Positions 63,846-64,000 of a DNA stretch of 64,000 nucleotides are shown here, one piece after another; within the stretch, counting starts at the first letter, position 1, and each line of letters starts with the position of its first letter. The DNA is from Camelus dromedarius. Its lineage: Eukaryota. The stretch is from positions 115,198,001 through 115,262,000 of the forward strand of contig NC_087437.1 of NCBI RefSeq assembly GCF_036321535.1, given 5' to 3'. A program made the position numbers and the translations under genes. Below the pieces are notes generated by a model. That model was given only the letters and a program-made list of their open reading frames with translations, was not told the origin of the DNA and made no database searches.

Positions 63846-64000
63846 CCTCCTTCATGCCTGGTGAGCCCTCCCCTGCACACCTGCCCCCGGACCTGCCTTG
63901 CAGACTTTCTGCTGCTCCCCAATTTTTGATTCATTGAGAATGCAGTGACTGGCAATATGTGAGCTGCATCTGTGTAACCAAGTATTGCAAACTGAATACA

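Noticed and set aside
1..64000. CRISPR arrays, operons, rRNA or other prokaryote-type systems; PIGP/TTC3 exons
   Set aside because: The window is a spliced mammalian locus with no repeat-spacer array. RIPPLY3 is incomplete at the right edge, so its downstream neighbours lie outside.

Overview
Mammalian genomic DNA, most likely a camelid, judging from ~23 copies of a tRNA-Ala-derived SINE that resembles the camelid Vic-1 family. The gene order matches the HLCS-RIPPLY3 interval of human chr21. Minus strand: the first five coding exons of HLCS (holocarboxylase synthetase; long N-terminally extended isoform, 541 codons in the window, the rest lies left of base 1). Plus strand: the first three coding exons of RIPPLY3 (WRPW motif and start of the Ripply homology domain; last exon lies right of the window). 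CpG islands lie at ~22.8-23.5, 36.1-36.5, 44.6-45.2 and 56.8-58.2 kb, with a small one at ~60.3 kb. HLCS intron 2 holds a decayed IMPDH1 retrocopy. The rest is L1, SINE, MaLR/ERV LTR, MIR, L2 and MER relics. I see no new multi-gene system. The best leads are: (1) the human canonical HLCS start codon (MEDRL) is CTG here; (2) upstream islands carry phase-0 donors in frame with HLCS exon 2; (3) candidate poison exons in both genes; (4) the IMPDH1 retrocopy seems to have an internal deletion with a SINE at the junction. Gene and repeat identities come from recalled sequences, not database searches, and repeat boundaries are approximate.
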